From positions 124,001-188,000 of the forward strand of contig NIVC01000460.1 in assembly GCA_002269645.1 (NCBI GenBank): a DNA stretch of 64,000 nt, in the 5' to 3' direction. The notes beneath the pieces are model-generated. The model made no database searches and was not told where the DNA came from. It saw only the letters and a program-made list of their open reading frames with translations. This DNA is from Macrostomum lignano (Eukaryota). Of this stretch, positions 11,900 through 37,218 are shown piece by piece (within the stretch, counting starts at the first letter, position 1; each line of letters begins with the position of its first letter). Both the position numbers and the translations under genes were made by a program.

Positions 11900-12452
11900 C
11901 AGGTGTGTCGCCACCGGCGACATGTCCCCCCCCCCTGTAAAAGCTATGGGGGGCATGCCAATACTTTGTCCCCCCACCCCACCTTGTGACCCGATTTGGA
12001 AATCTATTTTTTGCTTCAGGGCGATAAAGCATAGCGCTTGCGGCGCCAAAATGAGTGCCTGCGGCGCTAAAATGAGTGCCTGCGGCGCTAAAATGAGTGC
12101 CTGCGGCGCTAAAATGAGTGCCTGCGGCGCTAAAATGAGTGCCTGCGGCGCTAAAATGAGTGCCTGCGGCGCTCAAGTGAGTGCCTGCGGCGCTAAAATG
12201 AGTGCCTGCGGCGCTCAAGTGAGTGCCTGCGGCGCTAAAATGAGTGCCTGCGGCGCTAAAATGAGTGCCTGCGGCGCTAAAATGAGTGCCTGCGGCGCTA
12301 AAATGAGTGCCTGCGGCGCTAAAATGAGTGCCTGCGGCGCTAAAGTGAGTGCCTGCGGCGCTAAAATGAGTGCCTGCGGCGCTAAAGTGAGTGCCTGCGG
12401 CGCTAAAATAAATGCCAGGTAAAAAATTTTTACCTAGAGGTGGCGATGCCTG
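11900..12452. mobile_element. Non-autonomous element with degenerate TIRs carrying an internal 21-bp minisatellite (~17 copies)
   Basis: The left end CAGGTGTGTCGCCACC pairs with the right end GGTGGCGATGCCTG. The internal array (GCCTGCGGCGCTAAAATGAGT)n spans 12041-12410. The head and array are homologous to 37219-37882. Confidence 0.65.
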
Positions 12453-13050
12453 GCAAAACAGCCAGTTCCCGAGAGTGCCACGGTTTCCGCTTCGATGTAG
12501 CTGCGGTTGAGTCCCAGCAGGGCCCTGCGGAGGGCGGGGAAGGACAGGGGACGGTCACGCGGGATTGCCGGCAGTCTGGGGGGAGGGGTTAGTCCACCTC
12601 TCCGAATGGTTGGCCATGCACCAGCAGCCCTACACTATATGACTCTTTCTACAAAATTTTCGGCATCGACCCAGTTACCAACCGAGTGAGCGAGTGAGTC
12701 ATTATATTGTCGATCTAGCAATACAGCAAGAAATCTTAATTATATATACAGACACAGCTTAATTGCACTTTTCAATTTTAATAAGCAATGGCGCGGGTAG
12801 TATAGAGTGAGAGCGAAAATTGCATTTTTTAATTGCAACAAATTTTTCCACTCCGAACCAGAGTGGTTTGGGGGAGCCTTGTTGATCGGAGCGCGAAAGC
12901 TTTGGTGCTCCAGTTTCAAGCCGTCTGCCGCTGCCGCCAAGGAGGGGCTGCTGACGCACTGGAAGGGAGGCTGGCTGGGCTGGGAGGGAGCCAAACGGGA
13001 CCAAGCGACAGCAATTGACCTGCTGCAGCCCTGAACTTGATCGGAAAACA

Positions 13051-13230
13051 GGTGTGGGGTAACTGCAACTGACTGTTCAGGATGTGGGGTAACTGTAGCT
13101 GACTGCTCAGGGTGTGGGGTAACTGCAGCTGACTGTTCAGGGTGTGGGGTAACTGCAGCTGACTGCTCAGGGTGTGGGGTAACTGCAGCTGACTGTTCAG
13201 GGTGTGGGGTAACTGCAGCTGACTGTTCAG
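13051..13230. repeat. 30-bp minisatellite, 6 copies
   Basis: Unit GGTGTGGGGTAACTGCAGCTGACTG(T/C)TCAG. Confidence 0.9.
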
Positions 13231-13867
13231 GGTGTTGCAAACGCGAATAGCAGGGCGCAGTTTAAAATGTTTTTCTTTTTTGATTCAGCATTTCCATTTT
13301 CGTTGTTAGACTTTCGCTTTTTAGCAGCGCATGTTATTGCTATTAATCAATAATTTCAAATGAAAAGGGTACAGGGACTACTCCAGCAATGTCGGCAGAC
13401 TTGCCAGCAGTGAAAGTTTCAAAGTTCAAAAGCAGTCTATATAGTTTGCAATCTAGGGTTTTTTCAAAAGCAAAGTCGCACAGCCTAAAAAAATACCCGC
13501 TGCATTTGAATAATTATATGGTTGAAAAAAAACTACAATTGAAACTAGAAATAAATTTTGTCAAACGCATTTTAACTGCGCATTAAGTATTTACTAATGG
13601 GGTCAACAGTCTAGCCTATGTGAGCTGTGCTGTGTTTATATAATATGCTTAGCTTCGTATGCCAAATTTCTGACGTATGCCAAATAGCTCACGAGAGTCA
13701 CATACAGGAGACAGACTGGAAGGTTTTTTGTTATTTATGACAGCAGGCACCAACGCAACAGCAATAGAAATTAATGAAATTTTTTGTTATAATTAATTTC
13801 AGAAAATTGCGCATTTTTATTTGGTTATACGAAAGTTGCTTTAAGAATGTTGTTCCTCGCAGATGCA

Positions 13868-14268
13868 GGAGTTCCAGGTTCCAACTGATCCGTCACTCCA
13901 GCTCATCCAGGGTCCTTCAGGATTCCGTCACTCCAGTTCATCCAGGGCCCTTTAGGATTCCGTCACTCCAGCTCATCCAGGGTCCTTCAGGATTCCGTCA
14001 CTCCAGTTCATCCAGGTTCCAACTGATCCGTCACTCCAGCTCATCCAGGGTCCTTCGAGATTCCGTCACTCCAGCTCATCCAGGGTCCTTCGAGATTCCG
14101 TCACTCCAGCTCATCCAGGGTCCTTCGAGATTCCGTCACTCCAGCTCATCCAGGGTCCTTCGAGATTCCGTCACTCCAGCTCATCCAGGGTCCTTCAGGA
14201 TTCCGTCACTCCAGTTCATCCAGGGCCCTTTAGGATTCCGTCACTCCAGTATATCCAGGGTCCTCGGG
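13868..14268. repeat. ~34-bp minisatellite
   Basis: Unit GATTCCGTCACTCCAGCTCATCCAGGGTCCTTC(G)A repeated ~11 times. Confidence 0.9.
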
Positions 14269-15160
14269 ATTTATTCACAGACTCATTCCAATGTCCAGTC
14301 TGCCCAGGTCCTTAGTACTTAAGGGGCTATAAAACCACCCAATGACAAGGCGGTCTCATATTGGAGTCAATATCCAATATTGTTACATTCGACCAGCGAC
14401 CACCCAAGCTGCTCAACACCAGTCAGACAGACAGACTCTTTTTTGCTCAAACAATTTTTACAATGCGAGAATGGCCAATTTTAGTAATAAAAAGCGAAGG
14501 AAAAGCGGGCCGGGCCAGACGCAGGCAAAAGGTGTGAGAAGTTTGTTTCTTTATAGGGAAACTCATCTCTGACCATTCAGTGGATGAAGTGTGCATGTGA
14601 ATGTCATAGGAAACCGTGAGGTACCTGATCCCATTATTCGCTCGCAGACATATTTCTATATTATAGCAATAAGACAAGTTCCAGTGTGCGAGAACTTATC
14701 ATTGAGTGACCTTAGCAATGGTGCCCTGTGCTCTTTCTTTGCCTCTTTTTTACGATCCCATGGCCATTTTTTCGGAATCTTATAACATAACAAATCTCTG
14801 CGAGAATAACGTTTGGAGCTTACACGGGAAATCTGAGAGTCTCTCAGAGACACTTTATGATCCCCCGCTTTTGGCGGTAGAAAAGGAAACTTCTCCCCCC
14901 CCGCCACCTACCCCCAACTGGACTGGAGGAGGGGAGGGGTGATGGAGCCAGAGTGTCTGGGAGAATTCCCAGGATCTCGGCACAGTCAGCGATATGAAAT
15001 ATTACATGTGCGGAGGCTGAGGCCTGAGGGGCCCAAATGCAAGGCCCTCAACGCCTGTGAACCACACCAAGGAGACCAACGAATCAAAACCTGGAGTAAC
15101 AGCACCGCTTTGAAAACATCCGAAGTATCAATTTGTCTCCGAAATTCTAATCTGAGATCA

Positions 15161-15424
15161 TGGAATCCCAATCCCGAAATCCTGGGATCCCGATCCCGAA
15201 ATCCTGGGGCCCCGATCCCGAAATCCTGGGATCCCGATCCCAAAATCCTGGGATCCCGTTCGCGAAATCCTGGGATCCCGATCCGGAAATCCTGGGATCC
15301 CGATCCCGAAATCCTGGGATCGGATCCCGAAATCCTAGAATCCCGATCTCGAAATCCTAGGACCCCGATCCCGAAATCCTGGGACCCCGATCCCGAAATC
15401 CTGGGATCCCGATTCCGAAATCCT
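15161..15424. repeat. ~22-bp minisatellite
   Basis: Unit GATCCCGATCCCGAAATCCTGG with variants. Confidence 0.85.
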
Positions 15425-15964
15425 GAAAAGAGCTTAATTAGTCTGAAATTGGACTTGGGGGGGGAGGGGCAATCGCTATACCAGAATCTTGCTATAGCAC
15501 TCTTTGGCCCTACTCCTCCAGACAGGCCATTAGCACACATATAATAGCGGGCCACCTGGTTCTAATTGCGTGCAAAGAACAAACTCAATTCCAACTCAAC
15601 ATACGCACCTGCAATTCAATTCAAAGGGAAATATCAAGCAAGCAAAGAGAAGTTGGAAGAGGCGGCAATGTTGATGCAGTAGATTAATATAATGAAGACA
15701 TTAATGTACACTTAAAAATTGAATTGAGATTTTTATGTTGGGAGTTTTACGAGTTTTGAGCATAAAATTATTTTTATTTTTATTTGATTCATTTCACGTT
15801 CCTAAGATTTATTTTTTATGACAGCCTGTCTTACATAAGAATTCAGGTACAGAAATTCATATGGTGCCTCTATTCAAGCTCATTTATTGGATATATAAAC
15901 CCCCACTGATCTAATCTCTAACTGACTAAAAATTAGTCTCGTTGATCTAATGAGTATGTAGTGT

Positions 15965-16680
15965 GATCTCTCACTGATCTAATCTCACACTGATCTAATC
16001 TCTCACTGATCTAATCTCTCACTGATCTAATCGCTCACTGATCTAATCTCACACTGATCTAATCTCTCACTGATCTAATCTCTCACTGATCTAATCTCTC
16101 ACTGATCTAATCTCTCACTGATCTAATCGCTCGCTGATCTAATTTCTCGCAGATCTAATCTATCACTGATCTAATCTCTCACTGATCTAATCTCTCACTG
16201 ATCTAATCTCTCACTGATCTAATCTCTCACTGATCTAATCTCTCACTGATCTAATCGCTCGCTGATCTAATTTCTCGCAGATCTAATCTATCACTGATCT
16301 AATCTCTCACTGATCTAATCTCTCACTGATCTAATCTCTCACTGATCTAATCTCTCACTGATCTAATCTCTCACTGATCTAATCTCACACTGATCTAATC
16401 TCACACTGATCTCATCTCTCACTGGTCTAATCTCTCACTGATCTAATCTCACACTGATCTAATCTCACACTGATCTAATCTCTCACTGATCTCATCTCTC
16501 ACTGGTCTAATCTCTCACTGATCTCATCTCTCACTGGTCTAATCTCTCACTGATCTAATCTCTCACTAATCTAATCGCTCGCTGGTCTAATTTCTAGCAG
16601 ATCTAATCTATCACTGATCTAATCTCTTACTGATCTAATATCATACTGATCTGATCTCTCATTGATCTAATGTACCGGCT
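15965..16680. repeat. ~16-bp minisatellite (CTCACTGATCTAATCT)n
   Basis: More than 40 copies with a periodic variant block (CGCTCGCTGATCTAATTTCTCGCAGATCT). Confidence 0.9.
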
Positions 16681-16899
16681 CTCGCAGATCTATTTAATCT
16701 CTCAGGTTGAGCTTTCGCAGATCTAATCTCTCAATGATTCAATGCTTCAGAATCTGTGTTTATCTAATCTAATCTATTATTAATCTACCAACTGTCGCTA
16801 ATCTCTCTGTCAATAGTTATTGTCTAATCAATCACAATTAAAGTAAATTAATTAATTACCATACAACAGGTATTCGCATTCCTTCTGTGCTGCGGCGAT

Positions 16900-17173
16900 C
16901 CAGGCCGAGCTCCCTGATTGGCCAGAGCTACGGCCGCTCGGGGGAGCGGAGTGAAAAGCCCGGTTGGCCCTGAGCTCCTCCCCTCTCCCCCCGACCACGA
17001 CCTCCCGCCTCAAAGCTTCAATAAGACCCTTCCGAAATATCAGTTTTTTTACTAAAGTCTATTTCTCAGTTACATTTCGAAGGACAATTGTATGCGTACA
17101 AACTAGCAAACTCGATAGCTTCCTGCCAGTTTGAAATACCAATTTCTGCTTTTAATAAAACCATTCAAATAAG
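16900..17173 (+). promoter_or_regulatory. Candidate promoter and non-coding first exon of the 2DBD nuclear receptor
   Basis: A unique GC-rich island between two arrays, with a CCAAT box (GATTGG ~16917) and a strong donor AAG|GTAAGA at 17173/17174. A matching acceptor CTGTAG| lies at 21464, 36 nt before the ATG. Confidence 0.35.
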
Positions 17174-17235
17174 GTAAGAAGTTTCTTATTGTGCTTTTTT
17201 TGCATTTGTGTATCTTTCATCTGTACGAACCCTGC

Positions 17236-18432
17236 ATCATCTCCATCTACCTCTCTCACACTCCTATCCCCATCTCTATCTCCCCTCTCATTCATATCCC
17301 CATCTCAATCTTCATCCCTCCATCTCAATCTCCATCCCTCCATCTCAATCTCAATCCCTCCATCTCAATCTCCATCCCTCCATCTCAATCTCCATCCCTC
17401 CATCTCAATCTCCATCCCTCCATCTCAATCTCCATCCCTCCATCTCAATCTCCATCCCTCCATCTCAATCTCCATCCCTCCATCTCAATCTCCATCCCTC
17501 CATCTCAATCTCCATCCCTCCATCTCAATCTCCATCCCTCCATCTCAATCTCCATCCCTCCATCTCAATCTCCATCCCTCCATCTCAATCTCCATCTCAA
17601 TCCCCATCCCTCCATCTCTATCTCCATCTCAATCTCCATCCCTCCATCTCAATCTCCATCTCAATCTCCATCCCTCTATCTCTATCTCCATCTCTATCCC
17701 CATCTCAATCTCCACCCCTCCATCTCTATCCCCATCTCAATCTCCATCCCTCTATCTCTATCTCCATCTCAATCCCCATCTCAATCTCCATCCCTCCATC
17801 TCTATCCCCATCTCAATCTCCATCCCTCCATCTCTATCTCCATCTCAGTCTCCATCCCTCCATCTCTATCTCCATCTCAATCTCCATCCCTCCATCTCTA
17901 TCTCCATCTCAATCTCCATCCCTCTATCTCTATCTCCATCTCAATCTCCATCCCTCAATTTCTATCCCCATCTCAATCTCCATCCCTCCATCTCTATCCC
18001 CATCTCAATCTCCATCCCTCTATCTCTATCTCCATCTCAATCCCCATCTCAATCTCCATCCCTCCATCTCTAATCCCCATCTCAATCTCCATCCCTCCAT
18101 CTCTATCTCCATCCCTCCATCTCAATCCCCATCCCTCTATCTCTATCTCCATCTCAATCCCCATCTCAATCTCCATCCCTCCATCTCTATCCCCATCTCA
18201 ATCTCCATCCCTCCATCTCTATCCCCATCTCAATCTCCATCCCTCTATCTCTATCTCCATCTCAATCCCCATCCCTCCATCTCTATCCCCATCTCAATCT
18301 CCATCCCTCCATCTCTATCCCCATCTCAATCTCCATCCCTCCATCTCAATCTCCATCTCAATCTCCATCCCTCTATCTCTATCTCCATCTCAATCCCCAT
18401 CTCAATCTCCATCCCTCCATCTCAATCTCCCT
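17236..18432. repeat. 20-bp pyrimidine-rich minisatellite (CCATCTCAATCTCCATCCCT)n
   Basis: About 1.2 kb, homogeneous at the 5' end and increasingly scrambled 3'. It produces the spurious S/P/H/L/I ORFs in all three plus frames. Confidence 0.95.
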
Positions 18433-19074
18433 CACACTCTGAAGGGCGCTTCAGTGGCTCTGATCTTTTTCTCGTTTTAATGCTCCCACCAGCACCTATA
18501 GCATATAGTCTAAAATGTTTTCCTCTTAGTCTCACGCCTCCTATGCATTCCCAAATAGAATTACAGGTTCAGAGCTGCATCGCTACATGCTTGCTACACT
18601 GGCCAGAAAAGTATCAGAAACTGACGCAAACCAAATAATGAACAGCTAACAGACTTAAAAGCTCATAACAGAATTTAGCACTGCTCCGAAGGCCAAACCG
18701 ATCGAGGTATTGTATTTCTCTCGGAATACAGTAGCACACAAACACACAGAATCCCCTGGAACTGTATACTTCATTTCCTCATTTGGGAAAAATATCCGTA
18801 TACCCAACACTCTGCAGAGAGTGTGCGCTCTTCAGATGCAGTATGTTAATGAAATCTGATCCTTTTGTTCGAAGAAGTTGTGTCAGTGACTAATAACAGT
18901 ATAATACTATACAACGGTTACGATATATAGAATTGCCACAATATTCTTCTTGATGCGGTGGGTTGAGTTTTATATATACATGTGAACCAACACTTTTACC
19001 CTGCGTGTGGGTGGCTGCTATATTTATTTTATTTAGCTAAATTTGGTGCTGTGCTGTCTGTCAGGCTTGTATGG

Positions 19075-20000
19075 GATTGTGGTGAAGTTTCGGGGGGATT
19101 GTGGTGAAGTTTCGGGAGGATTGTGGTGAAGTTTCTGTGGGGATTGTGGTGAAGTTTCGGGGGGATTGTGGTGAAGTTTCGGGAGGATTGTGGTGAAGTT
19201 TCGGGGGGGGGTTGTGGTGAAGTTTCGGTGGGGATTGGAAGTTTCGGGGGGATTGTGGTGAAGTTTCGGTGGGGATTGTGGTGAAGTTTCGGTGGGGATT
19301 GTGGTGAAGTTTCGGGGGGGATTGTGGTGAAGTTTCGGTGGGGATTGTGGTGAAGTTTCGGGGGGGATTGTGGTGAAGTTTCGGTGGGGATTGTGCTGAA
19401 GTTTCGGGGGGGATTGTGGTGAAGTTTCGGTGGGGATTGTGCTGAAGTTTCGGGGGGATTGTGGTGAAGTTTCGGTGGGGATTGTGGTGAAGTTTCGGGG
19501 GGGGGATTGTGGTGAAGTTTCGGTGGGGATTGTGCTGAAGTTTCGGTGGGGGTTGTGGTGAAGTTTCGGTGGGGGATTGTGGTGAAGTTTCGGTGGGGAT
19601 TGTGGTGAAGTTTCGGTGGGGGATTGTGGTGAAGTTTCGGGGGGGGATTGTGGTGAAGTTTCGGTGGGGATTGTGCTGAAGTTTCGGTGGGGGTTGTGGT
19701 GAAGTTTCGGTGGGGGATTGTGGTGAAGTTTCGGTGGGGGTTGTGGTGAAGTTTCGGTGGGGGTTGTGGTGAAGTTTCGGTGGGGGATTGTGGTGAAGTT
19801 TCGGTGGGGATTGTGATGAAGTTTCGGTGGGGATTGTGGTGAAGTTTCGGTGGGGGTTGTGGTGAAGTTTCGGTGGGGATTGTGATGAAGTTTCGGTGGG
19901 GATTGTGGTGAAGTTTCGGTGGGGATTGTGGTGAAGTTTCGGTGGGGGTTGTGGTGAAGTTTCGGTGGGGATTGTGGTGAAGTTTCGGTGGGGGTTGTGC
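19075..20000. repeat. 23-24-bp G-rich minisatellite (TTGTGGTGAAGTTTCGGTGGGGA)n
   Basis: About 39 copies with variable G-run length. Confidence 0.95.
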
Positions 20001-20707
20001 TGATATTTCAGAGAGGGGGTTGTGCTGAGGTTGCAAAATTTAAGCTTATAGTTTAGCCTGCAGAAGTGGCCACTTCTCACTGTGGTAGGTTTGTCTTACT
20101 TCTACAATAACTGTTATAAAGTCGGACATTCCGTTTGAAGCGCCCCCACGCCTCCTACAGGCCACGCAAGGGGCACCTGCAATTTTCCAAAGAATCCAAC
20201 TTTGAAATCGCAGCGGGTTTATAGCCGCCTCCTAATATAAAAAAACAGCTAGATAGATATATTGGAAATTGGCTGAGTGACTGAGTGTGAGTCGGCATTA
20301 TACTCGTAAAATGACGAATGCATTGCTCAAGTTGACTCTGGCCCAGATACCGGCTACACTCTCTCTTTCATTCGGTTCCTTCGTATTGGCAAAATTTGAA
20401 TTATGAGGCTTCAAAGCGGCTCTCTTGCAGTACGAAAACCCAAGGCGTCGCAAAAATCACGATCCCAAAAAGCTGCCCCCATGAAACTAGATAATAAATT
20501 TTAACTGTTTCTCGTGACTGCTCAGGGCTCACGTGGCCCGTGCGGTGAAATAGCAAATCACTTCACTATAGGCAGACAAACTTGCGAAAAATTGAGGATT
20601 TTGACTATTCAGAACTTCTCTTTTTTCTCTTTTCTCTCTTTTGGGAATTTAGTCTTTTGAAATAACTGATTTTTCTCGTTATATGAATCCTTTCCTTAAT
20701 CTCACGC

Positions 20708-21455
20708 CCAGATCTCGATCTCACCCTTAGATTTTGATCTCACCCCTAGATCTCGATCTCACCCCTAGATCTCGATCTCACCCTTAGATTTTGATCTCAC
20801 CCCTAGATCTCGATCTCACCCTTAGATTTTGATCTCACACCTAGATCTCGATCTCACCCTTAGATTTTGATCTCACCCCTAGATCTCGATCTCACCCCTA
20901 GATCTCGATCTCACCCTTAGATTTTGATCTCACCCCTAGATCTCGATCTCACCCTTAGATTTTGATCTCACCCCTAGATCTCGATCTCACCCTTAGATTT
21001 TGATCTCACCCCTAGATCTCGATCTCACCCTAGATTTTGATCTCACCCCTAGATCTCTATCACACCTAGATCTCTATCTCAGCTAGATCTCTATCACACC
21101 TAGATCTCTATCTCACCTAGATCTCTATCACACCTAGATCTCTATCTCACCTAGATCTCTATCTCACCTAGATCTCTATCACACCTAGATCTCTATCACA
21201 CCTAGATCTCTATCTCACCTAGATCTCTATCTCACCTAGATCTCTATCACACCTAGATCTCTATCTCACCTAGATCTCTATCTCACCTAGATCTCTATCA
21301 CACCTAGATCTCTATCTCACCTAGATCTCTATCTCACCTAGATCTCTATCACACCTAGATCTCTATCACACCTAGATCTCTATCACACCTAGATCTCTAT
21401 CTCACCTAGATCTCTATCACACCTAGATCTCTATCACACCTATATCTCTATCTCA
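20708..21455. repeat. Bipartite minisatellite: 19-bp units changing to 17-bp units
   Basis: (CTAGATCTCGATCTCACCC / TTAGATTTTGATCTCACCC)n runs to ~21050, then (CTAGATCTCTATC(A/T)CAC)n runs to ~21455, ending just before the acceptor at 21464. Confidence 0.95.
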
Positions 21456-21500
21456 CCACTGTAGGACACCGCGGAGCGCCAGAGCAGTCCTGAAGCTGCC

Positions 21501-33489
<11,989 letters not shown>

Positions 33490-34342
33490 CAGACCGCCTC
33501 AAATTGATATTGTTATAATCGACGATAATTGTTCACATAGACACAAAATTGATGTTTTCCAATTTTGTTGTAACATTGCGCCCTTGTTATTGTCTGGCTG
33601 TTGTCAGTTTTGGTTTGACTCTGTAATATTTGTTGTTTTATGTGAATTGTTTATCAGCATTGCTGCGCCCATTTGTTAAATAATGCATCAAATATCTCTA
33701 GTTCGAGACAATTAGACAAGCCCTACTACTCTTCTGTTAGTAGGCGAGTAGGGAATTTTTGCGTAGAAATTTGACTGCGTGTAAAACTGGTATTGGTTTA
33801 TCATACTGTTATTTAATTACCACGGTAAGTGGCCCAGTATAATTTAATTTTATTGCAATTAAAACTTTTCTGTCTTACCTTAAAACAATTAATTCTTACA
33901 TTTAAACCACTGCTTGCCACAAAGAAAAGGCAGTTTTATTATTATTTTTACATACTGTTTAAATTAATATAAGGAATTCAATTGCGTCCGCCGCCACCCC
34001 TCTCCCTCAAAAAACCCGAACGGCTTACTCCCAGCAACATTTTCTCAACCGTTTTTTCAGGTCGAAACAGCCAGTGCGTTTTTATAATATTGAGTGGCTA
34101 CCCTGTTTAATATTGGCTTTGTTTCTGTTTGCTTTTGTGAGTCTCTCTGCTTTTGTTTGTTTGTTTGTTTCATTTACTGATATCATATCGTATCTCAGTT
34201 GCTTTAAAATTGGCTTAATTAATGAGGTATTTATAGTGCAATGGCAAATACACTGCAATGCCCCGATGAATCTTCATGGCAGTTCGAGACCAGTTCGCCT
34301 GCACCTAATGAACCCACGGCTAGCAAGAATTTGCATTGGATT

Positions 34343-35506
34343 TAGGGATAATGAATCTGGATGTAAGGATAGTGAATCTGGATGTAAGGATAATGAATCT
34401 GGATATAAGGATAATGAATCTGGATATAAGGATAATGAATCTTGATATAGGGATAATGAATTTGGATATAGGGATAATGAATCTGGATATAGGAACAATG
34501 AATCTGGATATGGGGATACTGAATCTGGATAAATGAATCTGGATATAGGGATAATGAATCTGGATATAAGGATAATGAATCTTGATATAGGGATAATGAA
34601 TCTGGATATAGGGATAATGAATCTGGATATAGGAACAATGAATCTGGATATGGGGATACTGAATCTGGATAAATGAATCTGGATATAGGGATAATGAATC
34701 TGGATATAAGGATAGTGAATCTGGATATAGGGATAATGAATCTGGATATAGGGATAATGAATCTGGATTTAGGGATAATGAATCAGGATATAGGGATAAT
34801 GAATCTGGATATAGGGATAATGAATCTGGATGTAAGGATAGTGAATCTGGATATAAGGATAATGAATCTGGATATAGGGATCATGAATCTGGATGTAGGG
34901 ATAATGAATCTGGATATAGGAATAATGAATCTGGATATGGGGATACTGAATCTAGATAAATGAATCTGGATATAAGGATAGTGAATCTGGATATAAGGAT
35001 AATGAATCTGGATATACGGATAATGAATCTGGATCTAAGGATAATGAATCTGGATATAGGGATAATGAATCTGGATATAGGAATAATGAATCTGGATATA
35101 AGGATAATGAATCTGGATATAGGGATAATGAATCTGGATATAGGGATGCTGAATCTGGATATAGGGATAATGAATCTGTATATAAGGATAATGAATCTTG
35201 ATATAGGGATAACGAATCTGGATATAGGGATGCTGAATCTGGATATAGGGATAATGAATCTGGATATAAGGATAATGAATTTCGATATAAGGATAATGAA
35301 TCTGGATATAAGGATAGTGAATCTTGATATAGGGATAATGAGTCTGTATATAGGGATAATGAATCTGGATATAACGATAATGAATCTGTAATATAAGGAT
35401 AGTGAATCTGGATATAAGGATAATGAATCTGGATATACGGATAATGAGTCTGGATATAGGGATAATGAATCTGGATATAGGGATAATGAATCTGGATATA
35501 GGGACA
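34343..35506. repeat. 21-bp minisatellite (GATAATGAATCTGGATATAGG)n
   Basis: About 55 copies, punctuated by a recurring GGATACTGAATCTGGATAAATGAATC variant (higher-order structure). Confidence 0.95.
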
Positions 35507-36244
35507 ATAAATAAACTCAAATTAAATTGAATAGGATCAAGTTGAATTGAATAAAAGCTGGCAAGGCACCCGCAAAATTGGGGCAGGCGGTTTTGATTTG
35601 CTTAATTTTGACCAAACAGCCAGCGCTGAAGAAACTCCAACCTGAGCACGCCAAACTCCTCCACAAAACATCCAATTAACAATGCAGTCAATCAGTCAGC
35701 TTCTGACAGGGTTATCAACAAACTGTGGAGCAAAAACTGATTTGGTATTTTTTTTCAAGTCAAGAGCCGGCAAAGTCAGCTCAAGGGCTGCATAGCAACC
35801 AAACGGTCCAGACGAACTGAATCCTGCAAGCCGCCTGGTGACGCAAAGCAGCGCCCTTATCAACCAGATAAAATATAATAATAAACTCGCAATATCAAAA
35901 AATTCAACACAGCGGCTTCAATATTGATGATTAGCAAATTATCCAACTTCCTTTTTTGGTCACCGTTCTGACTTGGCGACTTGAGACTACAGATTTGAGA
36001 TTAGACCGTGGGTCCGATCAGCTAAAACAAGCCCCTACTCAGACTCGACAAACTCAGTTAATTATTGATGATCCTACCGAGATGCGTGCAGCTCAACAAC
36101 ACTCGACAGAGTTTGCCTGTTAGGTAGATTTGGAGCATGAGCTTCTCGGGCATAAAAGCAAAGATGGATTCGCACCGACTCTGCCGGTTGCCAGCCAGAT
36201 AGTTGAACTCATCCATCAGCACCAGTTAATATTCTCGCTAAACT

Positions 36245-36847
36245 ATGCAACGACTGACCGCATCCCGTCTGATGGCCCTCATGGCGCCCATCCTAGTCCT
36301 GACCATCGTGCAGGCGGCTGCGCTGGCTCACGGATCTCCAACGGAGCAGCAGCACCATCGTGCCGTAAGTGACACCCATCCTCTCTCTGTCGAAACCAAT
36401 CCCCAACATTCGTCACTCTCTCGTCTGCAGTCGAGACTCCGTCGCGACGTTCCCGACATCCTCCTGCCGGACGTTCTTCACGATGGACGTCGGAAGCGCG
36501 GCGTTCCGGCTGCGACTGCCAACCGGCCCGGCCGGTCCTGCGTCAAATTCGACGAGGCCGCCTTGCAAGAGTTAGCCAGACTGCTCAACGACGCTGAGTT
36601 GTCGCAGGCGGCGCCGACAAGTCTGGCTAAGCGCTTCTTTGACAGCCTGGTCCGCCCGGTCCCCATCAACAACGGGCGCAGGAAGCGATTCCTGGACAGC
36701 CTCGTGCCCGCCAGGTCAATCTACAACGGCAAGCGGAAGAGATTCTACGACAGTCTGGTCAGGCCAAGCTCGTTCTTCAATCGGGCCGCTCGTCGAATGG
36801 CCAGAGGCGACTTGGTCAGGGATGGGGAGGCTTGGTGTCCGATTTGA
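36245..36847 (+). CDS. Neuropeptide precursor (200 aa, single exon) with repeated F(F/L/Y)DSLV peptides
   Basis: Hydrophobic signal peptide (MALMAPILVLTIVQAAALA). Basic cleavage sites RR, RRKR, KR and KRKR flank DVPDILLPDVLHD-G, FFDSLVRPVPINN-G, FLDSLVPARSIYN-G and FYDSLVRPSSFFN. Gly before basic residues is the amidation signal. AATAAA is at 36915-36920. Confidence 0.85.
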   Translation: MQRLTASRLMALMAPILVLTIVQAAALAHGSPTEQQHHRAVSDTHPLSVETNPQHSSLSRLQSRLRRDVPDILLPDVLHDGRRKRGVPAATANRPGRSCVKFDEAALQELARLLNDAELSQAAPTSLAKRFFDSLVRPVPINNGRRKRFLDSLVPARSIYNGKRKRFYDSLVRPSSFFNRAARRMARGDLVRDGEAWCPI

Positions 36848-37218
36848 ATGTTGACGCGCAGTAGATTTTGACCAATAATTGAAAAATTGAAAAAACTTTG
36901 CGAATTTCATTGGAAATAAATCTGCCGATAAAACTACATTGATCTCCTTCAGTCTTCAACCCACAGGAGTGCCGGAAAGTTTCGGCGAAAGATGTTAATT
37001 TTGTTGCATATCAATTGCTACTGATAGTAGCTTGAATTGAATGCTTAAAACCAGAGCTAGCTCGTATTTGCTTTGTTTCTCGGTCTCTTTGAAAAGAGCA
37101 TCGAACTGACTTTGCGGGCTGCCTTTCGCTCTGTAGGTCAAGGCTCTGCCTGTAAGCACTGCGCAAAGACGCTAGCGGATACTTTTACAACCGCTCTAAT
37201 ACTAAAAGTATTAATTAA

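Noticed and set aside
14340-14940. Unique stretch with short ORFs and possible splice signals
   Set aside because: No coherent exon chain or protein motif could be built.
36826-36847. C-terminal WCPI of the neuropeptide precursor as a prenylation (CaaX) signal
   Set aside because: Only two residues follow the Cys, and the protein has a secretory signal peptide.
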